NCBI GenBank assembly: GCA_907165135.1
Contig: OU015567.1
Location: forward strand, 13,330,001-13,394,000
From: Oikopleura dioica
Taxonomy: Eukaryota > Animalia > Chordata
Direction: 5' to 3'
DNA: 64,000 nucleotides
The translations under genes and the position numbers were made by a program. This document shows positions 48,958 through 62,992 of this stretch, piece by piece; the first letter of the stretch is position 1; each line of letters opens with the position of its first letter. The notes under the pieces are model-generated. The model made no database searches. It saw only the letters and a list, made by a program, of their open reading frames with translations, and had not been told where the DNA came from.

Positions 48958-50353
48958 ATGGAAATCAAAATGGGGAATGAAACGCTGATTCCAATTCGTA
49001 TCTTGCCGAAACAAAATTTTGTAAAATCTAACACCACCTCGCCAACCAAAAAACGGAGGAGGGATTGTGCGCCTATTAGGAGCTTTTCCCCCCAGTCAGA
49101 GCTTCAATACGAGGTGAGATCTACTTCTATATTTTCCGGAAGAGAAAATTGACTGTTTTCTGTAGTGCAAGATCTGCAATGTTCCTCTTGGATCCAGCTC
49201 CGACGGTATCTTGCATTTCCGAAGCCTACATCCAGACAAAGAGGTTCAAATCGAATGTACTCAAAAGGAAGGCATTCCAAGCCCAGAGAAACGAGTAAGA
49301 GAAGAGGAGCCAGTTCATCCAACCGTCCAAACTCGATTCCAGCGAGTTTTCTGCACACTCTGTCACTTTCAAGCGTTCAGTACTGGTAAAAATAGCTCTT
49401 TTTGCTATTCGCTATGACTGTGATTTTCAAGTTGAGCTAGAAGAACACATTAAAAACATGCACTCTCTTCTTGCCAAAAGCATCGAAGAAGTAGGGAAGA
49501 TGGCCCGAGGTTCAGGTCGAATGTTTTCCTGTCCCATTTGTTTGAAGCGCTTCATCAAAGAGTCCAAATTTCAACCTCACACCGAGTCGCACACTGTTCA
49601 AGATGTTATCGCAAAGAGCCTTGATAGGACCGGGTTGTTATAACAAGCTAAAGCTTAGATTCTGCTTACAAGAGTAAAAGTAGTCAGCCTTGCTAAAGAT
49701 CATAGTAAAAGCCGCTGACAAATAAAAATCCAACCGAAGTTTAGAAACAAAAGACGACAAGAGCCTATCTCAACCTCATTTAACCGCGCTCAAGCTGGTA
49801 CCGAAAGACGGGACGCCCTTTATCTGTAAATTTTGCTTTTTCTCGGCATCAACGAGGAAAATACTTGTCGACCATTTAAAAAACTATCATCATTTCGAAA
49901 AACAGTTCTGGATTGGATTAGGTGCAAGTCTTACTTTTCAAGAACAGACCGCAGAAGGTGGAAAACCAAGAGTAAAATCAAGAATATGGATAAAAATTTA
50001 TATTTACAGTTTCTTTCTGGATGAGAATTTTCCTCTCAGACAATTGCTATACAATTATACCTAAGAGAATCTCTAAGAGAATTTGTTCATCACAGTCTGT
50101 TGAACAGACTTTCTAAAATATAATTAATTATTATTGATGAAATCGACGTAAAAATTACCTCCGACCGCTGATCATATCTAAAATTATATCCTCTCTCAGA
50201 ATAAAAATAGCAAAATGTCCGTTTTGCGAGGAGACACTTCCTGCCTCACAACTTGGGGCACATAAAGCGCTTCATATGAAAGCCACTTTTGATCGCTCTT
50301 CTGTAACTCTCATCCCATCTGCTTGGATTTCTTCAAATTCCTCACTCAACTGA
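48958..50353 (+). CDS. C2H2 zinc-finger protein (5 spaced fingers)
   Basis: CKIC..HFRSLH, CTLC..HIKNMH, CPIC..HTESH, CKFC..HLKNYH, CPFC..HKALH on successive exons. Splicing between the last fingers is tentative. Confidence 0.65.
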
Positions 50354-50397
50354 TGAATCCCTTTTAATTTTATCCTTTCATTAAGATTCGTGGAAGG

Positions 50398-53300
50398 ATG
50401 ATCGAAGGGGCCACAAAGCGAAAACTCGAGAAAATCTCAAAAGGCGAATTAGAGGATTTAAAGGATGGCGTCCTCAAGGACAAGGATGATGACGTAATCG
50501 ACGAGATCGAAGAGCTTTACGAGGACGAAAACGATGAAAGGTGCGTGATTAGCTTTTTTAGAGAGTGATTTTTATGATTCGCCCTTTTTCCTTTATTGGT
50601 CAGCGGACAAGTTCAACTTTATCATACTACTACTTATAATTTTATTATATTTCGTCCCCAAGAGAATTTTTGAAAAAAAGATCATTCGTTATTCATAAGA
50701 GGCGATTTTATCAAAGCTTATTAATGTTTAATTGAAACAATCTGTCGAGCAAAAAATCTGAATAAATTATAATAATCCCCCGTTTTTTTACATTTTTTTA
50801 CAGTAGTGAAGATGACGAGGATAGCGACGTCGATTCGCTGGAGGACTCGGACGAGGAGAGAGAGAAAAAAGACGAGTTCGAAGACGGAGATACTTCTGAC
50901 GAGGAAGACAGAAAAAACACAATTGGCAATGTGCCAATCGAATGGTAAATAGTGAAGTAAATAATGCGATTTGGAATTTGTTTTCTGAAGGTACGACCAT
51001 TTGCCACACATCGGCTACGACTTAGACGGAAAGAAAATTGCAAAACCGATTAAAAACAAGGATGAAATCGACGATTTCCTCGCGCGCTGCGAAGACCCAG
51101 ATTATTGGCGAACAATTACCGATCGAAGCACTTTACGGTTATTCCCGTTTAAAAGTGTTTTATCTGATGGTTATTTTAAGAGAGCACAAACTTACCCCCG
51201 AAGAAGTTGATTTTATCAAGAGATTAACAAAAGGATCCTATGCTTCGCAAGTCGACGATACGCCCGAGTGGATAGGAAATAGTGCTCAGATTCTTCTTCT
51301 TCTCCGATTCTCGATTTTTTATTTCAGCCGCTGAATTCATGTAAATTAGTTTATGATTCAAGAGCTCAGCTTGGAACATGTTGTATTTGAATTTTATAAT
51401 GAGCACTCTCAAGACTTATATTCTCATGAGGTTGAGGAAATGCCAATCAACCGGGCTCCAGAGTCCAAAGCTTCGTTTGTCCCGTCAAAAGATGAAAGAA
51501 ACAAGGTATTCCATTTCGTTCCATTTGAATCCCTCTCCTTTTATTTCTTCTGTGTTTGCGCCCCCGCGGTGCCAAGTTACAGGGCTTTAGGTTTAATAAA
51601 ATGTTAAGGTTAACAAACTCGCTTTGCTGATCCGCCGAGGCATCATCAAAACAAAAGCTGAGCGCGAAAGGGAGGCGAAAGAAAAGGCAAAGCCAAAGTA
51701 TTACAATGTCTGGAGCTCACAGGAGGAACAGGAGAAGTCCAGATCGCAGATTGCCAGGGAAAAAATGGCCTTCCCGGCGCCAAAGTTGCCTCTGCCGGGA
51801 CATGCGGAGAGGTATTTTTCCACGAACGTAAGCACCACTTCTTAAAACGCGTCATTCAGTTATCGACCGGCTCCTGAGTTCATCTTCGATGAAAGTGAAC
51901 AGCTGGCTTGGGAGGCCGAAGATCCTGAGGACAGGAAACAATCTTGGCTGCCTAAAAACTTTGCTAACTTGCGAACAGTGCCGGCTTACGCGGATTTCTA
52001 TAAAGGTCAGGATGTCAGCCTCAGCGATTCTTTATGTTAACTCTTTCGCAGAACGTTTTGAGCGATGTTTGGACCTGTATCTTGCGCCGAGACAGAGAAA
52101 GATGAAAATGAATGTGAAGAAGGAAGATCTCATCCCAAAACTGCCATCACCAAAAGATCTTCAGCCTTTTCCGACATTCCAGGTTGAGTTTGATTATCTC
52201 AACTCTATTTATGATCAAAGTGTAGGCTCTTACATACAAAGGTCATGTGGGCATGGTTCGATCAATCTCTGCTCATCCTTCCGGACAATTTTTGGCCTCG
52301 TGTGGCGACGATGGAACTGCTCGAGTTTGGGAGATCACCTCTGGACGCTGTCTTAGATTAATCAAATTGTCAGAAAATGAAAAATGCCTGAAAATCGCCT
52401 GGTCTCCCAATCCGAATCTTTGCCTCCTTATTATTGGATTTGGAAATAAAGTGGCAGTGGTGAATCCTCAAATTGGCGACAAACGAATTGTTGATGCTAC
52501 AAATGATCTTATTGACAGCTGGGAGGAGCCAGATGAGTACCGCTCAAGGTGGGACTCGATTTGAATATTTCATCCGATTAAAACTCGATTTTAATAAAGG
52601 TTGAGCTGGTCTTCGAGCGCTGTGGTCGGTGCTAAATTAGTAATCGATCACTTGGCTGAGGTCAGGGACGTCGCCTGGCATTCGAAGGGTGACTATTTCG
52701 CCTGTGTCGCTGGAACGAACGCAAAAACGACAGTTTACTTACATCAACTCTCTACTCGCAAGACACAGCTTCCCTTCACAAGCGCTCAGAAAAACGTCTT
52801 CCAAAAGATCACCTTCCACCCGACCAGGCCACTGTTTTATTTAGCCACGCAGCGATATGTCAAAGTTTGGAATCTGGCGAAACAGGAAATGCAGAGAAAA
52901 CTCGAGCCTAACGTCAAGGTATCAAATCAATGCGAAAGAGAAAGCGTTTTTTCATCGCTGATTTTAGTGGGTATCGAGTATTGCAGTTCACAAGACAGGT
53001 GATCACGTGCTCGTTGGGGACTTTTCGACAAGACTTGCCTGGATCGATTTAGGTAAGGACACGCTTTTACATTGGAAATTCAATACTTGATCGACATAGA
53101 CTATGTCACATAGTCTTTAGCAATTTATGACGGCAAACACTTTCCCTTTTTACGTCAGTAAATAGAGCTTTTAAAAGATATTCCTTGATAGAAAATTTTA
53201 TGATTAGCTTATGTATCTATCGATAAATTCTAATGATTGGACCTGATCCGACGCTAGTACGGTAATTTGATCCCCCTGAGATGCCCGTTAGGCCTATTTC

Positions 53301-53691
53301 ATCAATTTAACGCCTTTTTAAATTTGTTGTAGCAGGCATCTCGTTTCGAATCTAATTTCAAACAAGAGAAGAAATCAAACTAAAGAGATTCATTTCAGAT
53401 TTATCCCAGAAGCCATTCAAGACACTTCGATACCACAAGAAAGCGATTCGCGCCTGTAAATTCCACAACAGATATCCACTTTTCGCCTCTGGCTCTGATG
53501 ATGGAACTATCATTGTCTCTCATGGTCGTGTTTACAATGATTTGAGCTCGGACCCGCTGATTGTGCCCGTAAAAGTGCTCAAGGGAATCAAAACGACGAA
53601 GAATTTTGGAGTCATGGATGTTGAGTTCCATCCAAATCATCCTTGGGTCTTTGGTGCTGGCGTCGACGGAAGTATAAGACTGTACACATAG
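50398..53691 (+). CDS. BOP1: Ribosome biogenesis protein BOP1/ERB1
   Basis: [64 protein letters not shown]40 repeats, [14 protein letters not shown]. Confidence 0.95.
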
Positions 53692-53879
53692 AAAGGTTGA
53701 ATGCAGAAAGAAACAAGTACTGACCTGTTCGGGCTTTGTGATTACCACTTGAATTTTCCTCTACTTACTGTACAAAGGTTTTTTGGTAGTTTGCGAGCCC
53801 TTGAGCTTACAGAACGAAATATTGAATGATAAACATACAACTTTCTCCGTTAACTTCTCTAATGATCGAATACGTTCAG

Positions 53880-56800
53880 ATGCCCGATGGGGGTAGCCTC
53901 TGGGCTCGGGTACGGCTCCAGGGCCGAAAGGCAGCGAGATGGAGATTTCAAATTGTTCTAAATTCGGGCACATTCAAACTCAAAGGTAGATCGAACAAAC
54001 GCCCACCGCATAGGCTCAGTCTTCTCGTAACGAGAAAGAAAAGAAACTGTAGATCCCAGGTACACCAGAAAGCCTTACCCGAAGCCTTCATCTTATTGTT
54101 AGCCCGCGAGTTGGCATGTGACAGACCCAACAAAACCAAATAACGCTGCTCTTATCATTCCAAACAACCTTGAACCGATTGAATTCGAGACCACTTTCAA
54201 TTCCCGCACTGCGCTAAATAATGTAAGTGTTCAAATAACGACTGCTTCTGAAACAAATTAATCCAGGAAACATATGAAGTCAAGCAATGGTCGTTTCTCC
54301 TTGAAGAAGTTACCAAGACGGGCCAAAGAAAGGCCCTTGCTCAAACGAAAATTGATCTTAGTAAACTTGTCGCGGAAGAACTCGATGATAAAATCTTCCA
54401 TGAATTTACAGATATTGAATTCAAGCCCTTCAAAGGTATTGCTAGTTAGAAATACCGCTTCATCGATTTAGGGCGTGTCGAAGCCGTCAAGCTTTCATTT
54501 CAAATGGCAGGAGTTCTTCTCCGCTCTGGCCATGCGACAGATGATGATATGCAGTCATTAGCTTCTTTATTGACTACGAATACACTTGATATTGGAAATC
54601 TCGATGATTTCAGGTAAAGAATAACATCAGAAAGCCTAACTAGCCCGCTTTTCAAGTGATTCTATCTCTGACGTCTCATCTGGATTCAACGCTTCTCATT
54701 TATCAGAACTCAAGGTGACTGATATCAGAATAAGCCCCAATCAATCAATGTTTTCAGAACCTAACAGCTGGTATGAACGCTTTACTACAGGATGACTACG
54801 ACGAGCTCTCGATAAAGTCATCCAGCTCTCATGCGTCTCGCAATGGAACTTTGAATAGAAGTGGAACGCTAGAAAAATCAACGAGAATCGTTCCATCTTC
54901 CACGCCAGAGCCCAGACCCGCTGCGAAGACTCCACCGACGAGGTATTAGAAAATTCCTTCATATACCAGAATCTGAAACGATGGAAGAAGAAAAGTCCAA
55001 GCATTGATTCCATTAAATTTCACGTCTACTCAAATTTTCCTAGCCGCAAGCTGCGTCCCAGCAGACTTGAAGTTGTCAACACCATAGACAGACTTCATGG
55101 TGACGAGGAAGAAGAGGAAACTGTCGGAGGAAACGCCCAGGTATGATTTCTATCTGCGTTCAGAGCCTCGTATTCTCCTGTTCTTTAGGAATTGCTCTCA
55201 TGGGCTCGTGAGGCGACAAAATATTCCGTGATGGTGAACGTGACAAATCTTACATCTAGTTTCCGCTCCGGAATTGCACTTGGCGTCATATTGAAAAAAT
55301 ATTCACCGGAAAATATTGAGCTCCACCAGCTCGATCCCCGGCTCGCTAAAGGAAATCTCAAGACCGTTCTTGCGGCGTATAAGAAGGCTGGCTTAGGTCG
55401 GGTGGAAAATATTCTTTTACATCGAAGGCTCACTCATGATTTCCGTAGATATTAACATTTGGGATCCATCTGCTCCTTTTAATCCCAGTGATTAATATTT
55501 GTTCTCGTTATTCCTGCTGAATGTAGATTCTTTCCAAGCTCGTGATAATGAGCAAATTTTTCCATCCCGGTAAAAGATCTTTATGGCGTTATCAATATCA
55601 ACGAAATGGCAACAAAGCCCGATAAACTTGCCGTAATCACCGCTCTTCACATGATAAAGACCAAGTTTGACAGTCCCAAATCAGCAAAGCTTCGCGAGAA
55701 GCCAACCAGAAGAGATGTCGATACTGAAACAGTGAGGTCGCTTATGTTTGACAGCAATACTGTTTGGTCGAGTCTATCGGTGTTTCGAATTGAAACGCTG
55801 ATGGAAGAAATGAGAAGACTCGAAGAAGTACCGGATATGTACTCAGAAGCAGTCGATAATATACTTGATGACCTTGGGGAGTTCTCATCGAGCGAAGATG
55901 AGGGGGAAGAAGACGAGGAAGAAGCTTTTGAAACGGAAATTAAAAAAGTCGAACAAAAGGCTGAAATCTCAAAAGAAATAGAATACGAGAAGGAGCGAAT
56001 GTTGAAATCAGAAGAGCTCATCGAGGAGATTCTCCATCCTTCTGCTCCAGAAGAGTCAAAGTCATGTGGACACAATGAAAGTGATTCTGAGGCAAACACG
56101 TGCGAGACAGAAACACTCCCTGGACCGCCAGTTCCGCCAGAAGAACAGCTGGAAGTAGAAACTCACACAGTTGCCTTGTCTGGAATCTCAAGTCCAAATC
56201 GAAAAAGCTCAAGTTCAAGTTTGGAAGACGAAAAAGATCCTTGGGCAGATGAAAATGTTACTCGTCGACCAAAGGATGATCTTGTCGGTAATTCTGGAAA
56301 TCGGAACTCGCTAGACGAGTTTTTGTCCCTAGAACAAGAGCTTCAGGAAGATGAATTTGATGAAGTCAAAAAGGTGCGCGCAAATGTTGAATATAAATTA
56401 CTATTATTTTAGGAAGAGACGCTTCCGCTAACGATGATAGAATTGATGCACCGTGAGAGGATGTCAACGCTTATAGAAGAATCTGACGACGAGATAGACG
56501 ATAATATGCCGAATCTTAGTATCATAGGAAAAGTATCGATTGGAATTTAAGATAAGAACCTTGGTATAAACTTTATCGATCTTCTGAAAGATGAAGAAAC
56601 GCTTGATAACGAAGTCCTTACTCCGGAATTCGACTTATCGGAGTTTACCAAAGCATTAGACTTTTCAAAAGATTTACTCAAGTCAGAAGAACCTAAACCA
56701 GACGACAATATCTCATTATCGGGATCCGATAAAGAATTTGAAGAGATGGAACGATTAGCTTCTCTTGAATCGGAAGAAGCATTTAATGGATTAAATGATT

Positions 56801-58999
56801 CAAAAGCGACGATCCATGAAGACTCATTTCAATCAAAAATAGAAAAGGTTTCTATATCTGAAACTTCTCAAACGTTGATTGACGACGTTACCCCTGTTTT
56901 CGATAACAATAAGAATCCGAAGTCAGAAGAAAATTCTACGGATACAATTAGTGATCAGCGTATATCCCCCAGTGTATTACCGATCCCTGATGAAATTGAG
57001 GAAGAAACCATGGCAAACTCGGCTAACCCCTCTCCGATTGAAAAGATTGCTCCTGATGTTCCGCCGTTTATTCCAGAGTTAAATGAGGAGGAAACCATAG
57101 AGGACTCTATCGAAGCTGCTATTGACAATGTTTCTCCACCCTTTGTCCCAGAACCTGTCGGAGAACCGTCTATCGAAGACTCCATTGATACTTATTTTGA
57201 CGAGAAAACCGTTCCAGTTATCACCCCTGCGAAACTAATACTCGAACCTACCCAAGTAGAAAGCATTGAAGAATCTATCGAAGCATTTATAAGCTCTTCC
57301 GAACGTAGAAGAAGCATCCATGACGCGCCAGAAGTGAACAAATTTATCGACCAGGAAAAAACAGAAGATACCTCCAGCAAAATTCATTCTTCAAAAAGTC
57401 AAAATATTACAGAAAGCACCAATCCTTTCGAGAAAGAAGAAGGCGAGCCTTCAAATCCTTTTGAAGTGGAAGAAAAATTTTCGTCCTCCAATCCCTTCGA
57501 TGAAGACCAAAGAGATGAAGAAAGCGGTAAAAATCCTTTCGACGATGAACCAGTCCATAATGAAATCAAGGAAGAGAATTCGTCTCCACCCCGTCCAATC
57601 CGAGCCCTCGCTCCAGCCTCTCAAGCTGAAGATCTTCTATCGCGATTGAAAGATGCTACGGAAGTAGATGTATCATCAATCAAGTCCGAAAATTTCTCCA
57701 ATACAAGCTCCGACCAAGCAATTGATGTTCGTCCGAGCTCATCGGCCAACGATGCTGATTCTTCCGACGGCGATCTTGAGCGAATAGCAGTCAAGATTGA
57801 TGAATCCGGAAATGTGATGGATGAAAGTGACGGTGAATCGTCGATAGAAATGGTTGACGAAAATGAGAAGCAAAAAGGGCGGAGATGATGAAACAAGAAG
57901 ATCTCATCCATAAACAAAACGAAGAGGTAAGACGAAGGGGAATTTGCTTTTATTAAAATTATATTTAGAAATTTATGATGATTCTACAACAGCTCACGGA
58001 AAGAGAGGCTCAAATTTTAGACGAGCAAGATGAAGGTAACTTTGTACATCTGTAAGTTTTATAACTGGCGATTTCCAGTTGATGATCGAGCGAAAGTAGT
58101 AGAAACAGATCTTCGTCTCGCGATGAAACAAGATCAGCGGAAAGAGGCCGAGCTAACAGGTAAATTATAAGAAAACTTTACTTTTTCTAACAAAACTAAG
58201 GTGAATGGCTTGCTCTTGTTCAAAAACGAGACGATCTGCTGAAGAGCGGATCACTTATCGGCCTTCAAAGAAAGAGAGCAAAGCTAGAACTCGAATATCT
58301 TGATGTCCAGCGGCAATGTCGAGTCCTCAGTCTCAAGCACGAGTACGAAAAGACAGAAGAAGACCGTAACTCGGAGGAGACGCTTATTCAGAAATGCGTG
58401 CAGCTAGTTCAGGACAAGGCCATCATTGAAGAAGAAATGGGCGAACTAGAACAAGAGATCGATGATCAGCGAGAGCGACATGCGGTTCAGATGCAGAAGA
58501 ACCTAATGGAACAAGAAAAGCTCAAGCAAGGTATTTTTGAGAAGAAAAAACGAGTTCTTAAGGGGGGGGGTCGACGAGAATTTTTTCAGGGGTGATCGTA
58601 ATTTCTCTTGTACACATAGTCTGACTATGAAACTTATATTTTTGGAATTGTCAGATCCTCCCGAATCCGTTAAGCCTAAAAACATTTGATAAAAATGAGA
58701 TTTAGGGGGTGAAATTATGAAAAATGTAAAAAGAATGGCCATTTTTGGTGCATTTTCGCGAAAATGCCCCTACTTTGAGGGGATTTTTGACCGATTTTTT
58801 CTGGCGAAAATTTTTTCTAGTTTTCGCCGCCTGATTTTTCAACCCTTTTCTATCCACCAGTATACTCAGATTTTCCCCATCTAATCCGGTTTTCCCGCAT
58901 TTTTGGTCACGGAATTCCCGATTCTCGTCGACCCCCTTAAATTATTTAGCTGAAAACTCGACCTCGATATTCGGAATCAAGCGAAGCTGGTTCAGCTGA
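53880..58999 (+). CDS. EHBP1: EH domain-binding protein 1-like (NT-C2, CH, bMERB)
   Basis: SLWARVRLQGRKAARWRFQ, GHATDDDMQSLASLL (NT-C2); ELLSWARE...SSFRSGIALG...PDKLAVITALHMIK (CH); NPF motifs at about 57420-57545; coiled-coil EWLALVQKRDDL. Confidence 0.9.
58562..58936. mobile_element. TTAA-flanked G-terminal (Kolobok-like) MITE in the last EHBP1 intron
   Basis: TTAA at 58558-58561 and 58937-58940; termini G9-TCGACGAGAAT and ATTCTCGTCGA-C5; internal 18-bp palindrome GCATTTTCGCGAAAATGC at 58750-58767. Confidence 0.8.
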
Positions 59000-59436
59000 T
59001 TTACAACGTTTCTACGCCAATTTTAAAATCCTTTTACCTTCAAAAATGCGACCCATTCGACTCTTGGTTAAATCAAGTCAACGTAGAAAAAGAAGTTCAC
59101 CTCTAATGCATTCTACGTATTCAAAGATAAATTCCTTAATTGATCTATTTCTTCAAATTATTATTTTCCTTATTCTTCCTCTCAAACTTTCCTGTACATT
59201 TTCTCTTCTATCCAGCAGTATTTCGCCTTTCGTCAATTGGCGAAACTACTCGTTTATCAAATTAATATCCGATTAGTTTCGTCACTTTTCGCTGGCTGCC
59301 TTCAGTATTACACAAATTAACTCAGATTTTGTATCTGGTAATGTACCCGCTACAGTTCAAGCTGAATACCTCTCATAAAAATAAGATTTGATACTTTCAT
59401 CTTCTCGTTTGCATTCAATATGCATTCAGATAGAAA

Positions 59437-60207
59437 ATGAGCGCGCAGGCAAATAAAACAGTGATAGTGAAGCCGATCATTTTCGGCAACACTTCTCAGG
59501 TGCAGACTGATTTTAAAAAGGGTTCAAAACGAGTCATTTCCAGGCGTTTCCCAAAGCAAGAGAGGAAGATGGGCATACTCATGCATGGACGGTCTATTTG
59601 AAGTCGTATGACAATGAGGACATGTCGGTCTTTATTAAGAAAGTCCAGTTCAAGCTCCACAAGTAAAGACGCTTCTCGGAGAGTGCATTCACATCGAAAA
59701 TTTAGTTCCTACGCAGTTCCAATCAGAACAATTACCAAACCCCCCTACGAAGTACGCGAAACAGGCTGGGGCGAGTTCGACGTCGAAATCAAAATCTTCT
59801 TTGCCGACAACGTCGAACGCCAAATCCAGCTTTTCCATCCGCTAAATTTCCAACAAGCTTCTGAGTGGTACGATGAGCTTGTGTTCGTCAATCCGAGCCC
59901 AGTACTCGCAGGTTGTCTCAATAACCCGAGAAAATTCAAACAGGTTCGTGATTTTTATTGACAAATCAATATTTTGAAATTATGATCCCTTTTTCACGCG
60001 GCGTGGCGCAAATCAAATTTTTAGAAATTTCACAACGCGCATAACCACGATTTCGCAGAGCGAGAAAGAGAAGCACTCGAAAAAATCGGCGCTGCGCAAA
60101 ATAGCATTGATAAGATGATGGCAGAAACAGAGGCTGATATTGAAAAGAAGCGGGAGCAGATTAGGATCCTGAAACAAGCGCTGAAGAAATCTCAGGAAAT
60201 CATGTGA
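59437..60207 (+). CDS. YEATS4: YEATS domain protein 4 (GAS41)
   Basis: [52 protein letters not shown]-terminal coiled coil. Confidence 0.95.
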
Positions 60208-60284
60208 TCTTCTTTCTTTTTCAAACAATATTCTTACTGCCATTCCGCCCAAATTAAAAAATCTAACTTTAGCGACTTTCAGAG

Positions 60285-62656
60285 ATGACGGAATCGGAAG
60301 ATGAGCCTCTTAAATGCGAGGAAGAAGACTGCTGCTTCCACAAAGATGATCCAAACTATGATCCAGAGGATGGAGAGCGTTATCCATCAGTTCAGTGCGA
60401 TGGATGTAATATCTGGTGCCATCCTGTCTGCGAAAATTTTTTTGACGCAGAGACAAGTCACTTTGATGCTTTCTTTTGCAGCAACTGCCTAGATGAAGAG
60501 GACATGGATGGCACTGCTAGGGTGAGCTACTTTTTATGAATTCAATCTCTACCTTATAATTAGGAAATAACTTACAGGAAGCCACTTTATCCATCACTTC
60601 AAGATCCTTTTTATCATGGCGGTTTGAAAGTTGGCGACGACGGAAAAGTCTTCCACGGCAAAACTGAAGTAATCGAGAGCGGGACTGAGATGTTTGTCCA
60701 AAAATTAAAAGAGAAAGCCCAAAGCTACGAGGATGGGAGAGAAAAATTCAGTGTTGGGGATAGATTCATCAACAAAGAATGGCTAGACGACAATGGATTC
60801 GACGAACCGATCTTTTATCCGAGCGGGAACACGCCAAACGGACTGGGTAATCATCACTGAAATCAAGGAAGAGAAACTCTATTTATTTTCAGAGATCAGA
60901 AACTCAGAAAGAATGACGATTAACTACGTTCGAGAAATGTTAGGAGACGACTACCCCATATCATATTTCGACTGCCAAACACAGAAGGAATTCCGCACGA
61001 CGCTTCTGAGATACTACAATTACTTTGAAGATAAAGAAGTCCGAGAAGATGGAACTCATGCCCGTTTTCTTCAAAACAAGTTGATAAACAAGCGCTACAA
61101 TGTTATCAGCATAGAATTTTCCGATGAAAAATTAGCTGACTATGTGGACATTCCTATGCTTTACAGGAGAATATCCTGGCAGAGTCTGGTTCCGAAAGAT
61201 CCCATTAAAAAATATGAAACGCCCCCTAAAATGGGAAAATATGTCCTGATCGGTAACTTTGACTATCAAAGAAGGAAAGCTAAATTTTCTTGTTAAGGAC
61301 CGGAAGGATCGTACACCGACTGGCATATTGATATGGCGGGGTCTTCTGTTTGGTACCACATTGTTTCCGGTGGCAAACTCTTCATCCTTGTCGCTCCAAC
61401 GGAAGAAAATCTCGACAAGTATCGCGACTGGGAATCGCACGATGCCAAGATAAGACGAAGAACGTCTTTTCTGGAATGGTGTGAAAAAGAAAAGAATCCG
61501 ATTCCTTCGGAAGATATTTGTAGAATGGAGCTTCATCCAGGCGATACGATGCTTGTTCCAGGTTAAAAATTAACATCAATTCTTTCTCTAAACCTTTTTT
61601 TAGGCGGATGGATTCATTGTGTTGTTACAACAAAGGACTCACTCGTTTTTGGCGGAAATATCTTGCACACGATGGGTGCAAGAATGCAGTCAAAATGTGT
61701 ACAAATGGAATCAGAAGCTGACATTCCAGAGAAGAATACATATACTAATTTCTTCTTCAAAAATGTGAGTGCGAAGGTTACCACTTTTATCATTTTCTTC
61801 GAGTATTTGAACTCTACTTTTTTCTTAGCTAATGTGGTACGCCGGAAAACAAGTTTCGAGAGAGCTTCAGGAAGCAAACAATTCAAGAAAGATATTCTCA
61901 GAAAAGAAGATACTGGAAGCTAATCATATCTATGCTGTTCTTTCGAAAGGCAAGAAAGCATTGGATACGATACCCAGCGACATCGCTCCAGACGACTTTC
62001 TCAAGAAGTTTAAGAATCGGTACGCACTTTGAATCTATCTGAAACTCATAACAAAATTCAGCTTGAAGATGCAAAAGAAGATTGCAAAAGATGAGCCACC
62101 TGATTTGACTCCATTCAAAGAGCCTGAATTCGGTAAATTAACTTTTTCGGTGGGATTCTTGGTGCGACGGTGTCGGATTTTTAACGGACCCTAACCGGGT
62201 ATTAAATTAGATTTAGCGGAGATTGGAACTGAGCGACTTGAAAACGGCGAAAAGTTTGAGAAAAAGACGGCGAACAAGAGGAGTAGAGGGGACAAAAGCC
62301 GTAGAATGCAAGCTCTGGTCAAGATGGAAAAAGAAAATGGCCACGTAAAGCAAGGTACGAACAATGCTTATCTTTTTATTTCCATTGATTTCAGAGAAAA
62401 ACGACGAGCGGTATCTTCCGGAAGAAGAGTTCTCAGATGACGAGATTCCAGCGGAGGACGACGACTTCAAGAAAGAACCCTCGCCACCGCCGAAAAAACA
62501 CGCTCCGGAGAAACACACCAAGGTATCTTTTACTTTATTCTGCACTTTCGAAACACAAATTTTTAGGTGAAGAAGAAAAGTTCTCGGAAAAAGACGGCTG
62601 CTCAAGTCAAAGGAGAAAGATTTGCATCTCACTGTAAAAAACTAAAACAGAAATAA
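60285..62656 (+). CDS. PHD finger + JmjC histone demethylase (KDM7/PHF8- or KDM2/Jhd1-like)
   Basis: PHD ...VQCDGCNIWCHPVC...FCSNC; JmjC GSYTDWHIDMAGSSVWYHIVSGGK...PGGWIHCVVT.KDSLVFGGNILH with the H-x-D...H metal triad intact. Confidence 0.88.
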
Positions 62657-62992
62657 CAGTGCCTTACTGCCCGTTCCACTGCCAACAATTTATCGACCAT
62701 TTTTTCCAAAAATCCACTTTAGTACAACAGTGCATTTAATACTGTCTCTAAATTAGCACAAAAACATTCAGGTCAAAATATTGAAAAACAGCCTAGAAAA
62801 TACCTCTCCTGACCTGGCTTGCTCCACATAACTCCACATTTCATGAAGCTTTGACTATTTTACTGCTCTTTCTTGACTTCTCTGAACAAGATTATTTATC
62901 AAAAATTTTCACCTTGCTATATGCAATCAATTATAGCAAGTCTTCTTTGTTTTATTTTGCAGGGCAAAACTAAAAGATTATTTTGAATAAGA

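Noticed and set aside
53195-53285. Box C/D-like motifs (ATGATTA/ATGATTG, CTGA) in a BOP1 intron
   Set aside because: Box order is wrong, there is no terminal stem and I found no perfect 10-nt or longer rRNA complement by eye.
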